Positions 17,947-28,168 of a stretch of DNA of 43,366 bases are shown here, one piece after another. The stretch is taken from assembly GCA_027345565.1 (NCBI GenBank), contig DAHWIF010000009.1:1-43366 (forward strand). Reading direction: 5' to 3'. Position 1 is the stretch's first letter. Every line of letters starts with the position of its first letter. The notes below the pieces were generated by a model. The model saw only the letters and a list, made by a program, of their open reading frames with translations. It made no database searches and was not told where the DNA came from. Both the position numbers and the translations under genes were made by a program. Origin of the DNA: Candidatus Micrarchaeota archaeon. GTDB lineage: Archaea > Micrarchaeota > Micrarchaeia > Micrarchaeales > Micrarchaeaceae.

Positions 17947-19209
17947 ATGAGAGCATATATAAAAACTTATGGCTGCACGCTCAACCAGGCTGATGGCGAC
18001 CTCATGGCCTCCGTACTGGAGGGCAACGGGGTAGAGGTCACAGATGATATTGATGGTTCAGACGTTGTGGTGCTGAATACCTGCACCGTGAAAAAGCCGA
18101 CCGAGCAGAGGACCCTTCACATGCTGAAGAAGCTGCACGATGCGGGGAAGAGGATAGTGGTCGCGGGGTGCATGGTCGGTTCGAGGAACGATGCCATAGA
18201 GAGGTACGCCCCGGAGGCGAGCCTGATCAATACAAGCAACGTGCAGCGCGTGTACGATGCCGTATCCGGCGCGTACGGCTCAAGCAGGGTGGTGTTCGAC
18301 GGGCGCAGCAGGGTAGACAAGCTCGCTTTCTTCGGCCAGCGCGACGGCGTGATAGCGAGGGTGCCGATAAATGACGGCTGCATCTCGTCCTGCTCGTTTT
18401 GCGAGACCAAGCACGCGAGAGGCAGGCTGAACAGCTTCTCTGAGGAGCTGATACTCAAGGCCGTGGAGCGCAGCGTGAGAGGCGGCGCGAAAGAAATCCA
18501 GGTAACATCACAGGACGCAGGCGCTTACGGCGCAGACAGGAATACCGATATAGCTGAGCTGATGGAAAAGATATCGAAGATCGATGGAGACTTCAAGGTC
18601 AGAATAGGCATGCTCAATCCGGAGCACCTCAGCAAATGCTTGGAGAGGTTCGCAGAGGCGATGCGGGGCGGCAAGTTCTACAAGTTCGTGCACCTTCCAG
18701 TGCAGTCGGGCAGCAACAGGACGCTGGACCATATGAGGAGGATGTACACGGTAGAAGAATTTGCAGAGTGCGTGCGCAGAATAAGGCAGCGCGTCCCCGG
18801 AGCCACGATTGAGACCGATGTGATAGTCGGCTACCCTGTAGAATCGCTGAGCGACTTCGATGCGACAATAGAGATGATAAAGGAGGTGAAGCCTGATGTG
18901 ACAAACGTGTCGAAGTTCTGCGCAAGGCCGCACGCGAAGGCGTCCAGGCTAAAGGCTATAAATAACAACGAGGTAAGTAGAAGGAGCATGTTTCTGTCGA
19001 GGCTGGTGAGGTCTGTGCAAAACGATATAAATCGGCGCATGGTAGGCACGAGCGTAAAGGCGCTGATGACAGAGATTACAAGCAGGTCGGTGAACGGGCG
19101 AAGCGAATCCTACAAGCAGGTGGTCATGCCGGGGATGGCGGCGCGCGCTGGCGATTATGTTGTCACTAAGATAGTCGCGGCGTCCGCCAACGCGCTTTAC
19201 GGGAGCTAG
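17947..19209 (+). CDS. mtaB: tRNA t6A37 methylthiotransferase (MtaB/CDKAL1-type radical SAM)
   Basis: TYGCTLN, NTCTVK, VAGC, GCISSCSFC (CxxxCxxC) followed by TKHARG, HLPVQSGS, C-terminal TRAM-like region. Confidence 0.9.
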   Translation: MRAYIKTYGCTLNQADGDLMASVLEGNGVEVTDDIDGSDVVVLNTCTVKKPTEQRTLHMLKKLHDAGKRIVVAGCMVGSRNDAIERYAPEASLINTSNVQRVYDAVSGAYGSSRVVFDGRSRVDKLAFFGQRDGVIARVPINDGCISSCSFCETKHARGRLNSFSEELILKAVERSVRGGAKEIQVTSQDAGAYGADRNTDIAELMEKISKIDGDFKVRIGMLNPEHLSKCLERFAEAMRGGKFYKFVHLPVQSGSNRTLDHMRRMYTVEEFAECVRRIRQRVPGATIETDVIVGYPVESLSDFDATIEMIKEVKPDVTNVSKFCARPHAKASRLKAINNNEVSRRSMFLSRLVRSVQNDINRRMVGTSVKALMTEITSRSVNGRSESYKQVVMPGMAARAGDYVVTKIVAASANALYGS

Positions 19210-19216
19210 TGGTTTG

Positions 19217-20545
19217 ATGTACTCGGAAGAGATAGCGGGATTCCTCAAGAAGCATGGCATAAAGGCCGGCGACCGCATCAGGGTGGAGTATTCCGGCATA
19301 ACAGTAGAGGGCGAGCTGATGCCGAAGACCGAGGTCGGCAGTCCCGATACGCTCATAGTGAAGCTGAAAAGCGGCTACAACGTCGGCGTGGCTTTCGGCG
19401 GCGCAGTGGTCACAAAGATAGCGGAATCGGAAGGGCCTGTGGAATTCCCGACAGCAAAGCTTAAGGAGGACAAGAGGCTCCCGAAGGTATCGCTGATCGT
19501 GACCGGCGGCACGATAGTCAACAAGATAGACTACAAGACAGGCGGGGTGCACCCGGTGATTACGCCGGAAGAGCTGCTCTACGACGTGCCGGAGCTTTCC
19601 GGGATAGCCAGGATATCGATGAGGAACCCGTTCAGCATTGCGAGCGAGGACATGTCGTACCGCGAATGGAAGGCGGTTGCCGATGAGGTAGTCAGCGAGC
19701 TGGACCACGGGGCACGCGGCGTTATAGTCGCTATGGGGACCGATACAATGCATTACGCATCCGCAGCGCTCAGCTTCATGCTGCAGGAGCTGGATGCCCC
19801 AGTCGTGGTCACCGGAGCACAAAGAAGCAGCGATAGGGGCTCGAGCGACGCTTTCATGAACCTCATCTGCTCCGCGCAGATCGCCGCAAAGTCCGACATA
19901 GCCGAGGTGGGGATATGCATGCACAGGTCAAGCTCTGACGATGAGTGCCAGTTCATAAGGGGGACAAAGGCGAGGAAGATGCATTCGACGAGAAGGGATG
20001 CATTCAGGCCAATAAACGATTCCGCGATAGCGTACATCAAAGCCGATGGCAGGATAAGGTACGGCAGCCAGTACAGGAAAATAGCCGGAAGAGGCAAGGC
20101 AAGAGCGATGACAAAGTTCGACGGCAAGGTCGCGCTAGTGGCCGCGTATCCGAACTCCGACCCTGAGCTAATGGATTTCTATGTCAAGAAGGGCTACCAC
20201 GGTATCATAATAGCTGGCACCGGCATGGGGCACGTGCCCGTGCTGCCATCAAACATTGACAGGTCATGGATAGAGCACATAGGGCAGGCGATAAAGAAAG
20301 GGGTAGTGGTCGGCATGACAACGCAGACGCTATACGGCAGGGTGAATACAAATGTCTACAGTAACCTGAGGAGGATAAGCGAGCTCGGGGTAGTATACTG
20401 CGAGGACATGCTGCCTGAAACGGCTTACGTGAAGCTCGGATGGCTCCTCGGCAACTATGGCCCGAAGAAAGCGGGCGAGCTGCTGAACAAGAACCTCGCC
20501 GGCGAGATAAGCCAGAGGACCGAGCTGGGCGAATTCCTGGTGTGA
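19217..20545 (+). CDS. gatD: Glu-tRNA(Gln) amidotransferase subunit D
   Basis: KLKSGYNVG, TGGTI, GTDTMHY, GAQRSSDR and RKMHSTRRDAF. Confidence 0.96.
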   Translation: MYSEEIAGFLKKHGIKAGDRIRVEYSGITVEGELMPKTEVGSPDTLIVKLKSGYNVGVAFGGAVVTKIAESEGPVEFPTAKLKEDKRLPKVSLIVTGGTIVNKIDYKTGGVHPVITPEELLYDVPELSGIARISMRNPFSIASEDMSYREWKAVADEVVSELDHGARGVIVAMGTDTMHYASAALSFMLQELDAPVVVTGAQRSSDRGSSDAFMNLICSAQIAAKSDIAEVGICMHRSSSDDECQFIRGTKARKMHSTRRDAFRPINDSAIAYIKADGRIRYGSQYRKIAGRGKARAMTKFDGKVALVAAYPNSDPELMDFYVKKGYHGIIIAGTGMGHVPVLPSNIDRSWIEHIGQAIKKGVVVGMTTQTLYGRVNTNVYSNLRRISELGVVYCEDMLPETAYVKLGWLLGNYGPKKAGELLNKNLAGEISQRTELGEFLV

Positions 20546-20547
20546 GG

Positions 20548-22392
20548 ATGCCGGACGAGGAATACTACAAGGGCATAGGCTTCATGTGCGGCCTTGAGCT
20601 GCACCAGAGGCTTGCGACATCAAGGAAGCTCTTCTGCGACTGCCCGACGAACATAATACCCAACGGCGGAAAGGGCAGCGTATCGCTCACAAGGCGGCAG
20701 AGGGCCATAGCGGGCGAACTTGGGACTATAGACATATCGGCAGGGTTCGAAGCGCAGAGGGGACGCACATTCGTATACAACGTAGCGGAAGGGAGATCCT
20801 GCCTCGTAGAGGTAGACGAGGAGCCTCCGCACAGGATAAGCGAAGAGGCGATGAACACGGTGTTGGCTTTCGCGAAGGCGCTCAACATGAAAATAGTAGA
20901 CGAGATACAACCGATGAGGAAGGGGGTGGTGGACGGAAGCGATCCGAGCGCCTTCCAAAGGACGGCGATGGTGGCTTTCGAGGGCCATATAATAGTAGAT
21001 GGGAGCAGGGTCGACATACCTTCGATATTCCTTGAGGAGGAATCGTGCAGGGCGGAAGCCACACGGGGTCGCGAGATAACCTACAATGTCGAGATGCTCG
21101 GAGTGCCTCTGGTCGAGATAGATACATCACCGTACATAAGGACACCGAAGGAGGCGAAGGATATTGCGCTCTACCTTGGGACTATGATGCGAATATCGGG
21201 CAGGGTGCAGCGCGGCATAGGCTCTGTCAGGCAAGATGTGAACGTGTCGATAAGGGGCGGGGCGAGGGTGGAGATCAAGGGGCTGCAGGAGATAGAATAC
21301 GCAGACGCTTACATAGACACCGAGGTAAAGAGGCAGCAGGAGCTGCTCAAGATCAGGGATGAGCTTGTGGCCAGGAAAGCCTCTGTCGGCAAGGCCGTAG
21401 ACCTCACAAGCGCTTTCGAAGGAACGAATGTTGGCCTGATATCAAACCATGCTGGAAAGGGCGGCAAGGTGATCGGATTCAAGCTTGCTGGATTCGCAGG
21501 CATCCTGGGCAGGGAGGTGGCGCCGAGAAGGAGGCTCGGCACGGAAATAAGCGACTACGCCAGGTCGGCAGGCGTTGGCGGGCTCATACACGGAGATGAG
21601 GACCTGAAGGGCTACGGATTCACAGATAGCGACATAGAAAGGCTCAGAAAGAGGCTGTCGTTGGGCGAAGGCGACTCATTCATAATAATAGCCGGCAGCG
21701 CCGAGAGCGCCAGTAGAGCGGCAGGGTTTGCTATAGATAGGGCAAAGTATGCGCTTGTCGGGGTGCCGCCAGAGACGCGCGGCACGATAGGGGACGGCAC
21801 CGGCACTACAAGGTTCCTCAGGCCGCTGCCTGGAGGCTCAAGGATGTATCCTGAGACGGATGCACGGCCGATAACAGTGACGAAGGAGATGCTCTCGGAT
21901 GCTGAGTCATCCGCGCCAGACATAAAGGCGGAGGAGCAGAGATTGGTCGTGCAGCTGAAGGACAGATCGCTCGCCTGGAGGATTATGCTTTCGCCGAGGC
22001 TGCAGACGTATAAATCGATCGCCCAATCGGCCAAGGACCCAGCGTTCGTGGCGCATGTGCTCTTGCAGAAGCTCACAGAGCTCAGGAGGGCTGGCTTCGA
22101 CGTTGAATCTATATCTGATGAAAGGCTGGCAGAGCTGTTCAAGGCATATGACGATGGAAAGATAACCAAACAGGCAGTTGACGAGATACTGAAGATCCTA
22201 TCGAAAAAGGATCAGGATGTTATCAACATAATAGAGCAGAACAAGCTGGAGAGAATAAGCGGAAGCTCGCTGAAGGAACTTGTTGATGAAGCAAGAAAGA
22301 AAACTGATAACAAAGACCAGGTTAAAAAGGGGATAATGTCGAAACACAGGCTCAATGTTGATGGCAGCGAACTGAACAGCTACCTGGCATGA
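20548..22392 (+). CDS. gatE: Glu-tRNA(Gln) amidotransferase subunit E
   Basis: GLELHQRL..KLFC, VVDGSD, RGIGSVRQDVNVSI and RPLPGGSRMYPETD; immediately follows gatD. Confidence 0.96.
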   Translation: MPDEEYYKGIGFMCGLELHQRLATSRKLFCDCPTNIIPNGGKGSVSLTRRQRAIAGELGTIDISAGFEAQRGRTFVYNVAEGRSCLVEVDEEPPHRISEEAMNTVLAFAKALNMKIVDEIQPMRKGVVDGSDPSAFQRTAMVAFEGHIIVDGSRVDIPSIFLEEESCRAEATRGREITYNVEMLGVPLVEIDTSPYIRTPKEAKDIALYLGTMMRISGRVQRGIGSVRQDVNVSIRGGARVEIKGLQEIEYADAYIDTEVKRQQELLKIRDELVARKASVGKAVDLTSAFEGTNVGLISNHAGKGGKVIGFKLAGFAGILGREVAPRRRLGTEISDYARSAGVGGLIHGDEDLKGYGFTDSDIERLRKRLSLGEGDSFIIIAGSAESASRAAGFAIDRAKYALVGVPPETRGTIGDGTGTTRFLRPLPGGSRMYPETDARPITVTKEMLSDAESSAPDIKAEEQRLVVQLKDRSLAWRIMLSPRLQTYKSIAQSAKDPAFVAHVLLQKLTELRRAGFDVESISDERLAELFKAYDDGKITKQAVDEILKILSKKDQDVINIIEQNKLERISGSSLKELVDEARKKTDNKDQVKKGIMSKHRLNVDGSELNSYLA

Positions 22393-22590
22393 TATAGTTT
22401 GTGATCAGGATGCAACGACCATGCAAACGAAATTTATCACAGCTGTAAGTCCCCGACTACCATTACATTCTTGATCTTGGATGATCTGTTCCATAGGTGC
22501 CTTACATCAAGCAGAAAACCAGGAGAGAAATTCTTAGTTATAGAGTATTCATGTGATTGACCTATCACTATGATCTTGTCCTCCATTCAG

Positions 22591-23064
22591 TCATTTCATT
22601 CCTCTAGATATTTTTACTATTCTGTCACGCAACGTTTTCAGCAACTGGTCTCCAGCCTTGGGTCCCATCAATGTTGTTACATATCCTGGATAACGATTGA
22701 AATAGATATTTTTCTTCACTACAAATTCTTTGAATCTGCGACTTTTCAGCCCTATTGCAGGATACAGCTTCACATGCATGTGGTTGATTCCGGTACCCTC
22801 AAGTACGAGATGGACCCTCACCACTCCAAGTTTTGCTTCCAACATCCTCGCAACCCTTTTCGACACTTTGATAAGGCAAGCCAGCTTTTTGTCACTCATG
22901 TCAAATGCATAGCTTCCAATATGCTTGCGCGTTACAACAATGGTCTGTCCCTTTATGTTTGGAAATATGTCCAGGAACGCAATGTAGTTTTTGTCTTTGT
23001 ATATGATATACGCGGGAATCTCGCCGTTCACAATCTTGCAGAATGTGCAATCTTTTTTCATCAT
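22591..23064 (-). CDS. HIT family hydrolase
   Basis: CTFCKIVNGEIP, AFLDIFP and HMHVKLYP; AT-richer than its neighbours. Confidence 0.9.
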   Translation of the reverse strand: MMKKDCTFCKIVNGEIPAYIIYKDKNYIAFLDIFPNIKGQTIVVTRKHIGSYAFDMSDKKLACLIKVSKRVARMLEAKLGVVRVHLVLEGTGINHMHVKLYPAIGLKSRRFKEFVVKKNIYFNRYPGYVTTLMGPKAGDQLLKTLRDRIVKISRGMK

Positions 23065-23106
23065 GATAATCCCAAGGTAGTGGCATTATAATCATAAGCA
23101 TACCGT

Positions 23107-24192
23107 TCAGAGGAACTTGCCGCCGCTCTTCGTAACAAGCACATCGTCCTCTATCCTCACTCCGCCGAAACCCTCTACGTATATGCCAGGCTCGTCGCTG
23201 AAGACCATGTTCTCCTGGATCTTTTCCTTGTAGCCTGGCGAGAGGTTCGGACCTACATCGTGCACGTCTATGCCTAGAGAGTGCCCGAGCCCGTGTATGA
23301 ATTTACCTTTGTAGATGCCATTGTGCGCCTTGTTTATGTACTCCATTGCATTGTTGTGAGGCACCTCGCACCTGACTCCAGGGCGTATGCTCTTCAGCGC
23401 TATCTCCTGCGCCTCCTTAACCGTGTTGTACATGTCTAGCATGCGCCTGTATTTATCCGATTTCTTGTCAGGCTTGAATATGAAAGTTCTAGTGACATCG
23501 GAGCAGTACCCCATATACCTGGCACCGGCATCAATCAAAACAAAGCTGTTCTCCTCAAGTTTTGTCCTGCCCGGGACATGGTGCGGCACAGCCGAATTCT
23601 TGCCGAAGCAGACAATCGTCTCGAAAGATGGGTCGTCGGCGCCGAACCACCTCATCAAGGAGTTGAACTCGGCAGCCAGCTCCTTCTCGGTGATCCCGAC
23701 CCTGAAACGATCCTCTATCTTGGAGAACGCCTTTTTCACTATGTTGTTTGCTATGCCGATCAGTTCTACTTCAGGCCATTCCTTTACCTGTCTGGCCTTT
23801 GCCAGCGCGCCGCTAGCGTCTACCATCCTTTTCGGTTTTCCGATCTTCCTGATCCTCTTGTACAGGTTTACCGGCAGGAACGTCCCGTTTATCCCGACGA
23901 CATTGCCCGCAAGCTTGCGCTTTAGCAGCTCCATCGTCTTGCTGCGCGATTCTGCTGCAATTACCTTGACCTCCTTCGGGCACATCCTCCTGGCGACGTC
24001 GTATTCAAGGATCGTTGTGATCAAGGTAGCCTTCTTCCTTTCGGCTACCAGGATGGAGCTCTCGAACGAGCCGGCGTAGAGCCCGGTGAGGTAGACGAAG
24101 TGGCTGTCCTTCTGCGTGGTGTTCATCAGCAGTATCCTTTCCGCATCCGTTCCATCGAATATCCTTTCAAGCCTGGAAGCTATGCTCATCAT
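23107..24192 (-). CDS. Xaa-Pro peptidase (M24B family)
   Basis: SAVPHH, IDAGARYMGYCSDVTRT, HGLGHSLGIDVHD, EPGIY and GVRIEDD. Confidence 0.94.
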   Translation of the reverse strand: MMSIASRLERIFDGTDAERILLMNTTQKDSHFVYLTGLYAGSFESSILVAERKKATLITTILEYDVARRMCPKEVKVIAAESRSKTMELLKRKLAGNVVGINGTFLPVNLYKRIRKIGKPKRMVDASGALAKARQVKEWPEVELIGIANNIVKKAFSKIEDRFRVGITEKELAAEFNSLMRWFGADDPSFETIVCFGKNSAVPHHVPGRTKLEENSFVLIDAGARYMGYCSDVTRTFIFKPDKKSDKYRRMLDMYNTVKEAQEIALKSIRPGVRCEVPHNNAMEYINKAHNGIYKGKFIHGLGHSLGIDVHDVGPNLSPGYKEKIQENMVFSDEPGIYVEGFGGVRIEDDVLVTKSGGKFL

Positions 24193-24244
24193 GGTAAAGC
24201 ATTGCACTGAAAAGGATAAAAGCCTGCTCTGTCTGATGTATCCG

Positions 24245-25507
24245 ATGGAGAGGAAGGAGATACTCGAGGAGATTGCCAGGATGCAGAAGGGGAAGGAAGG
24301 CTATTCAGTCAAGAGGTCGCAGATAGCCTACCAGCACATGCGCGACCCTGCGCTGCTCAGGCAGTATTACCGCATGAAGATGCAGCCGATGACGGACAGG
24401 CTTGAGATATACGGCTCATCGCCGACAGACATCTTCATAGGCAGGCACAATTACCCGAACGTCTACATAGGTCCGATGGTCCCTCCGGAATTCGGCGACA
24501 CATCTCTGATGGGCATGCCTGAAGGCTGGGTCCACTTCTCTATGGAGACCATAGTGGACTTCAGGTCGAGGCTTGTCAGGGGCATGCACCTCTCACGGGT
24601 CACTGATGTCAACAAAGGCAGGGTGCAGCAGCAGATAACAGACCTAGCGCTTGCTGAGAGACCGGCAGATTCAGAGGTGCATTTCGCAAAGAGGCCTTTT
24701 GTGAAGATGACGCTCATGGATGAGGTGCAGCCTTTCGGCCCTAGCGCACTGATGAAGGGCTTGGAGATCTCGAATGTGAGTGCTGACAGGAAGGTTGAGC
24801 GTCTCTACCTGGATACCGACGCCAAGGCGAGCACTGCGATAAAAGAGCTCTACGATAAGGGCGTGCAGGTCTCGAAGATACAGAAATCTCTATCAGCCGG
24901 GCTCTTCGGCGTAGGCAGGAACAGAAGATTCGTGCCGACAAGGTGGAGCATCACCGCGGTGGATGACACCCTCGGCAAGGACAACCTCATCGAGGTGAAG
25001 AGCTACAGCCCGATGGACGTCGTCTACGCCTATTACCATGTATCGTTGGACAATAGATGGATGATCCTCTTCATGCCGGGCAACTGGGAATACGAATCCG
25101 CGGAGGCGTGGTGGCCGAAGACGGTTTGGAATGCCGATGGGACAAGCATCTCGATATACTCGTCGTATGAGGGCTACAACGGCAGGAAGGACTACGCCGA
25201 GATAGGAGGGTGCTACTATGCAGCTAGGCTGGCGGTGAGCGAAAGGCTCAAGGAGCTGAGAAAGCAGGCGGTGGTGCTCATCCTCAGGGAGGTGCACGAG
25301 GGCTACCTCATGCCCGTAGGCGTATGGAACGTGCGCGAGCACGTAAGGGAGGCGCTGAGGAAAAAGCCGGACGTGCTGCACAGCGTGGACGATGTATTCA
25401 GCTACATAAAGGGCAAGATGGACATACCATTAGCCGATTGGATCAGGAACTGCCGCATCCTGAGGGAGATGCTGATGCAGAGGAAGCTGCAGAGCTACAT
25501 GAAATGA
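24245..25507 (+). CDS. nreA: Nre-family PCNA-interacting DNA repair protein
   Basis: GSSP..FIGR.NYP.V..GP, RRFVPTRWSITAVD, GGCYYAARL, PVGVWNVRE and C-terminal PIP-like QRKLQSY. Confidence 0.92.
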   Translation: MERKEILEEIARMQKGKEGYSVKRSQIAYQHMRDPALLRQYYRMKMQPMTDRLEIYGSSPTDIFIGRHNYPNVYIGPMVPPEFGDTSLMGMPEGWVHFSMETIVDFRSRLVRGMHLSRVTDVNKGRVQQQITDLALAERPADSEVHFAKRPFVKMTLMDEVQPFGPSALMKGLEISNVSADRKVERLYLDTDAKASTAIKELYDKGVQVSKIQKSLSAGLFGVGRNRRFVPTRWSITAVDDTLGKDNLIEVKSYSPMDVVYAYYHVSLDNRWMILFMPGNWEYESAEAWWPKTVWNADGTSISIYSSYEGYNGRKDYAEIGGCYYAARLAVSERLKELRKQAVVLILREVHEGYLMPVGVWNVREHVREALRKKPDVLHSVDDVFSYIKGKMDIPLADWIRNCRILREMLMQRKLQSYMK

Positions 25508-25511
25508 GCTC

Positions 25512-25868
25512 TCAGTGGGTTATCCCCATTATGCTGCCTATGAGCGCGAGCCCGAACCCTATTATCATTAAGCCGTATGACCCACTGTTGGCCAGGCCTA
25601 TTATGCTGAATATCAGCGCTACAGCCGACCAGATGTGCACGGTCGTCTTGTGCGGGTGGTGCATCGCGACTGCCACTATGACAAGTATCACTGCGGATAC
25701 TATCGCGAGCCAGAACGCGCCTGCGAACCCGATTGAATATCCAGGTATCGGGTTTAGCCCGATGCCGATGAAGGGAAGCAGCAAGCTGCCAAGCACTCCG
25801 AGAAGCCCGCCAACCAGTATGAATGCAAATGCCTGCGTTGGTTTTTCGCCCTTAGCTCTAGTTGCCAT
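25512..25868 (-). CDS. Small Gly-rich multi-pass membrane protein (paralogue B)
   Basis: PTQAFAFILVGGLL..IWSAVALIFSIIGLAN..IIGFGLALIGSIMG; similar to the adjacent gene. Confidence 0.8.
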   Translation of the reverse strand: MATRAKGEKPTQAFAFILVGGLLGVLGSLLLPFIGIGLNPIPGYSIGFAGAFWLAIVSAVILVIVAVAMHHPHKTTVHIWSAVALIFSIIGLANSGSYGLMIIGFGLALIGSIMGITH

Positions 25869-25877
25869 GTTATCACA

Positions 25878-26219
25878 TCATTTTTTGTAGGCAAGGCCGA
25901 GTATGCTGCCCACAAGGCCGAGCACGAATCCTATTATGAAGCCGCCGCCATTAGCCAGGCCTATTATGGTGAATACAAGCGCTATTACCGACCACATGCG
26001 TATGCTGCTGGCGTTGCCCGATCGTATCATGAAAGAAGCGACTATCATTATTATGCCTGAGAGTATGCCGACTACGCCTATCAGTCCGCCTACAGCGCCG
26101 AGCGCTACAAGGGAGAACAGCGATGCGCCTATAGCGGCAACCACTATGCCCCCTATCAGGGTTAGTATTCCTCCTATCAGTACCAGCACGAAAGCCGCTG
26201 TGGGTCCTTGCTTTGCCAT
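25878..26219 (-). CDS. Small Gly-rich multi-pass membrane protein (paralogue A)
   Basis: PTAAFVLVLIGGIL..MWSVIALVFTIIGLANGGGFIIGFVLGLVGSILG; GGTG RBS. Confidence 0.82.
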   Translation of the reverse strand: MAKQGPTAAFVLVLIGGILTLIGGIVVAAIGASLFSLVALGAVGGLIGVVGILSGIIMIVASFMIRSGNASSIRMWSVIALVFTIIGLANGGGFIIGFVLGLVGSILGLAYKK

Positions 26220-26271
26220 CTCAGCACCGATTAGCTTTCAATCGATATCTTTAAATACCTTCTACAAAGGC

Positions 26272-27345
26272 TCACACGAATCCAGGGGTGTAGCTCTCGC
26301 CGCTCCCGTTTATGAATACTGTATAGGTAGCGCCGACGAAGGTGCTGTTCTCGCCGCTGCCGCCGTTAGACAGCCATACCATTATCGTGTACTCTCCGGC
26401 GCCGTACTGCGATACCTGCTTGTCGATGTTGAAAGAGATCGAAAAAGACTGCCCGTTTATCAGGTACCTGTTTGCATCTATAGTCTCAATTCCCTGGTAG
26501 TAATACAGGGGGCTGCTCGCCACTCCTGCTATCTCCTGCCCATAGCTGTAAGAGCTTGTGTTCCACAGCTGGGCTACGCTCATGTTGCTCACCGGGGCAT
26601 CGTAAGAAACCAGCACTTGAGATATGCTGTAGCCGTTTTGCGCGCTCCCTGAGAGCGAGACGTCGCCGTTCGAATACATCGGCGTGCCACCGCTCCATGT
26701 TGTGTAGTTGTCTATGAAGTCCTCAACAAGGTAGACGGTGCTTGAGTTGTACGCTACGCCTATGCTCACCTGGTTGTGGTTGGGATTTAGTATGTTGTAC
26801 CTGTGGCCATTGTTGCAGCACTGCGAGTCGTTGTAGAGCATGCTGTCCTCCATACTCCTTATCGCAGAGTAGACGTTTATCGTGCCGCGGCAGCCGAAGA
26901 TGCCGCAGGATTCGTTCCGTATATATGCGACATTCTCTTCTACGGCGCCCCTGCCGCCGAGCAGCGTGTATCTCATGTAAGGTTTCATCCCGTAGATGTC
27001 CCAATGGCTCAGGTAGCCGTACTGGAGCATGCTCTCCGCGTGCTGCGGGCCGGACTGCTCCCCTGACAGGCTCACATTCTGCAGCCCGTACGACGAGCGT
27101 ACCTGGTTTATCAGCGAGAGCGCGTACAGCACAGGCTGGCTTGCGTTTGATGGACCTGCCGTGCTGGTCTGCATGGTTGTGTTGCCGGTATAATTAGAAG
27201 TCACAAGCGTAGTGCTGCCCGGTTGTGGCACGCCAGGTGGCATCAAGCCATGGATTCCTGGGAGCATGCCGTTGTAATAGAGATAGAAAAGCGCAAACGC
27301 TATGAGGAACCCTATTACGATACCGGCTATGAGCCCTGCTGCCGT
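26272..27345 (-). CDS. Membrane-anchored CAP (SCP/PR-1) domain protein
   Basis: LINQVRS, QHAESML..YLSHWD, EENVA and GHRYNILNP..VSIG. The frame stays open upstream of the track ATG (27267) through a transmembrane segment to ACG 27345. Confidence 0.85.
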   Translation of the reverse strand, partial: TAAGLIAGIVIGFLIAFALFYLYYNGMLPGIHGLMPPGVPQPGSTTLVTSNYTGNTTMQTSTAGPSNASQPVLYALSLINQVRSSYGLQNVSLSGEQSGPQHAESMLQYGYLSHWDIYGMKPYMRYTLLGGRGAVEENVAYIRNESCGIFGCRGTINVYSAIRSMEDSMLYNDSQCCNNGHRYNILNPNHNQVSIGVAYNSSTVYLVEDFIDNYTTWSGGTPMYSNGDVSLSGSAQNGYSISQVLVSYDAPVSNMSVAQLWNTSSYSYGQEIAGVASSPLYYYQGIETIDANRYLINGQSFSISFNIDKQVSQYGAGEYTIMVWLSNGGSGENSTFVGATYTVFINGSGESYTPGFV

Positions 27346-27461
27346 TCCATCACCTCACATAAGCTTCATTAATGCGTAATTTAGAGGTTGCGTTTTCCAT
27401 TGGGATTCATAAGATTCAGGCAGATTAATAAAGATTTAATGCGCATGCGTTGCGTGGTAGC

Positions 27462-28025
27462 ATGATACTTTCAGATTATGACCTGATGAACGCGATAAGG
27501 AGCAAGCGCATAGTGATAAGGCCTTTCGAAAAGGAGACGCTGCGCGAGAACGGCATAGACCTGCGCATAACAGACCAGGTCGCGCACCACAACGAATTCG
27601 AGGAGGGGTTCGTCCTCGACCCTGCAAACCCCGAGCATGTCAGCAGCGCGTACAGGATAATCAAGAGGGCAAAGAACATAGTGATAGGCTCGAAGGAGCA
27701 GGTCCTGCTCTCGACAAACGAGTATGTGGAGCTTCCTGACGACGTGATGGGGTTCGTGGAGATAAGGAGCACCTGGGCGAGGCACGGCCTCTCGATGCCA
27801 CCCACCATAATAGACGCGGGCTTCAAGGGCGACATAACGCTTGAGGTGATAAACAACGCGCCGTACGCGATAGCGCTGAGGCCGAAGCAGAGGCTCGCGC
27901 ACATAATATTTGAGAAGATAAACAACCGTGTAGAGAGTGTCTATTCGGGCAGATACCTGGGCCAGCGCGGTGTCAGGATACCCAAAGTAATAAAGTGGGA
28001 GTCGCCATCAAGCAAGGACAGATAG
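27462..28025 (+). CDS. dcd: dCTP deaminase
   Basis: MILSD, ENGIDLR, RSTWARHGL and IIDAGFKGDITLE. Confidence 0.94.
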   Translation: MILSDYDLMNAIRSKRIVIRPFEKETLRENGIDLRITDQVAHHNEFEEGFVLDPANPEHVSSAYRIIKRAKNIVIGSKEQVLLSTNEYVELPDDVMGFVEIRSTWARHGLSMPPTIIDAGFKGDITLEVINNAPYAIALRPKQRLAHIIFEKINNRVESVYSGRYLGQRGVRIPKVIKWESPSSKDR

Positions 28026-28068
28026 CTAGCATACCTTTTTCTGGCTCAAGTCGATTGTAGGTTTTCGC

Positions 28069-28143
28069 TGCTCCCCCCGGGATTCGAACCCGGGTTCTAG
28101 GGTTGAAAGCCCTATGTCCTTGGCCGGACTAGACGAAGGGAGC
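28069..28143 (-). tRNA. tRNA-Glu (TTC)
   Basis: GCTCCCT/GGGGAGC acceptor, anticodon stem TAGGG/CCCTA with loop CTTTCAA, T-loop TTCGAAT. Confidence 0.94.
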
Positions 28144-28168
28144 TCGTTAGAAATAGGAAATCAGATTA

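Noticed and set aside
22570-23091. 173-aa plus-strand ORF
   Set aside because: Antisense to the HIT gene.
13123-28143. Integrated element bounded by the two tRNA genes
   Set aside because: The intervening genes are core housekeeping genes; I saw no integrase or duplicated tRNA 3' end.
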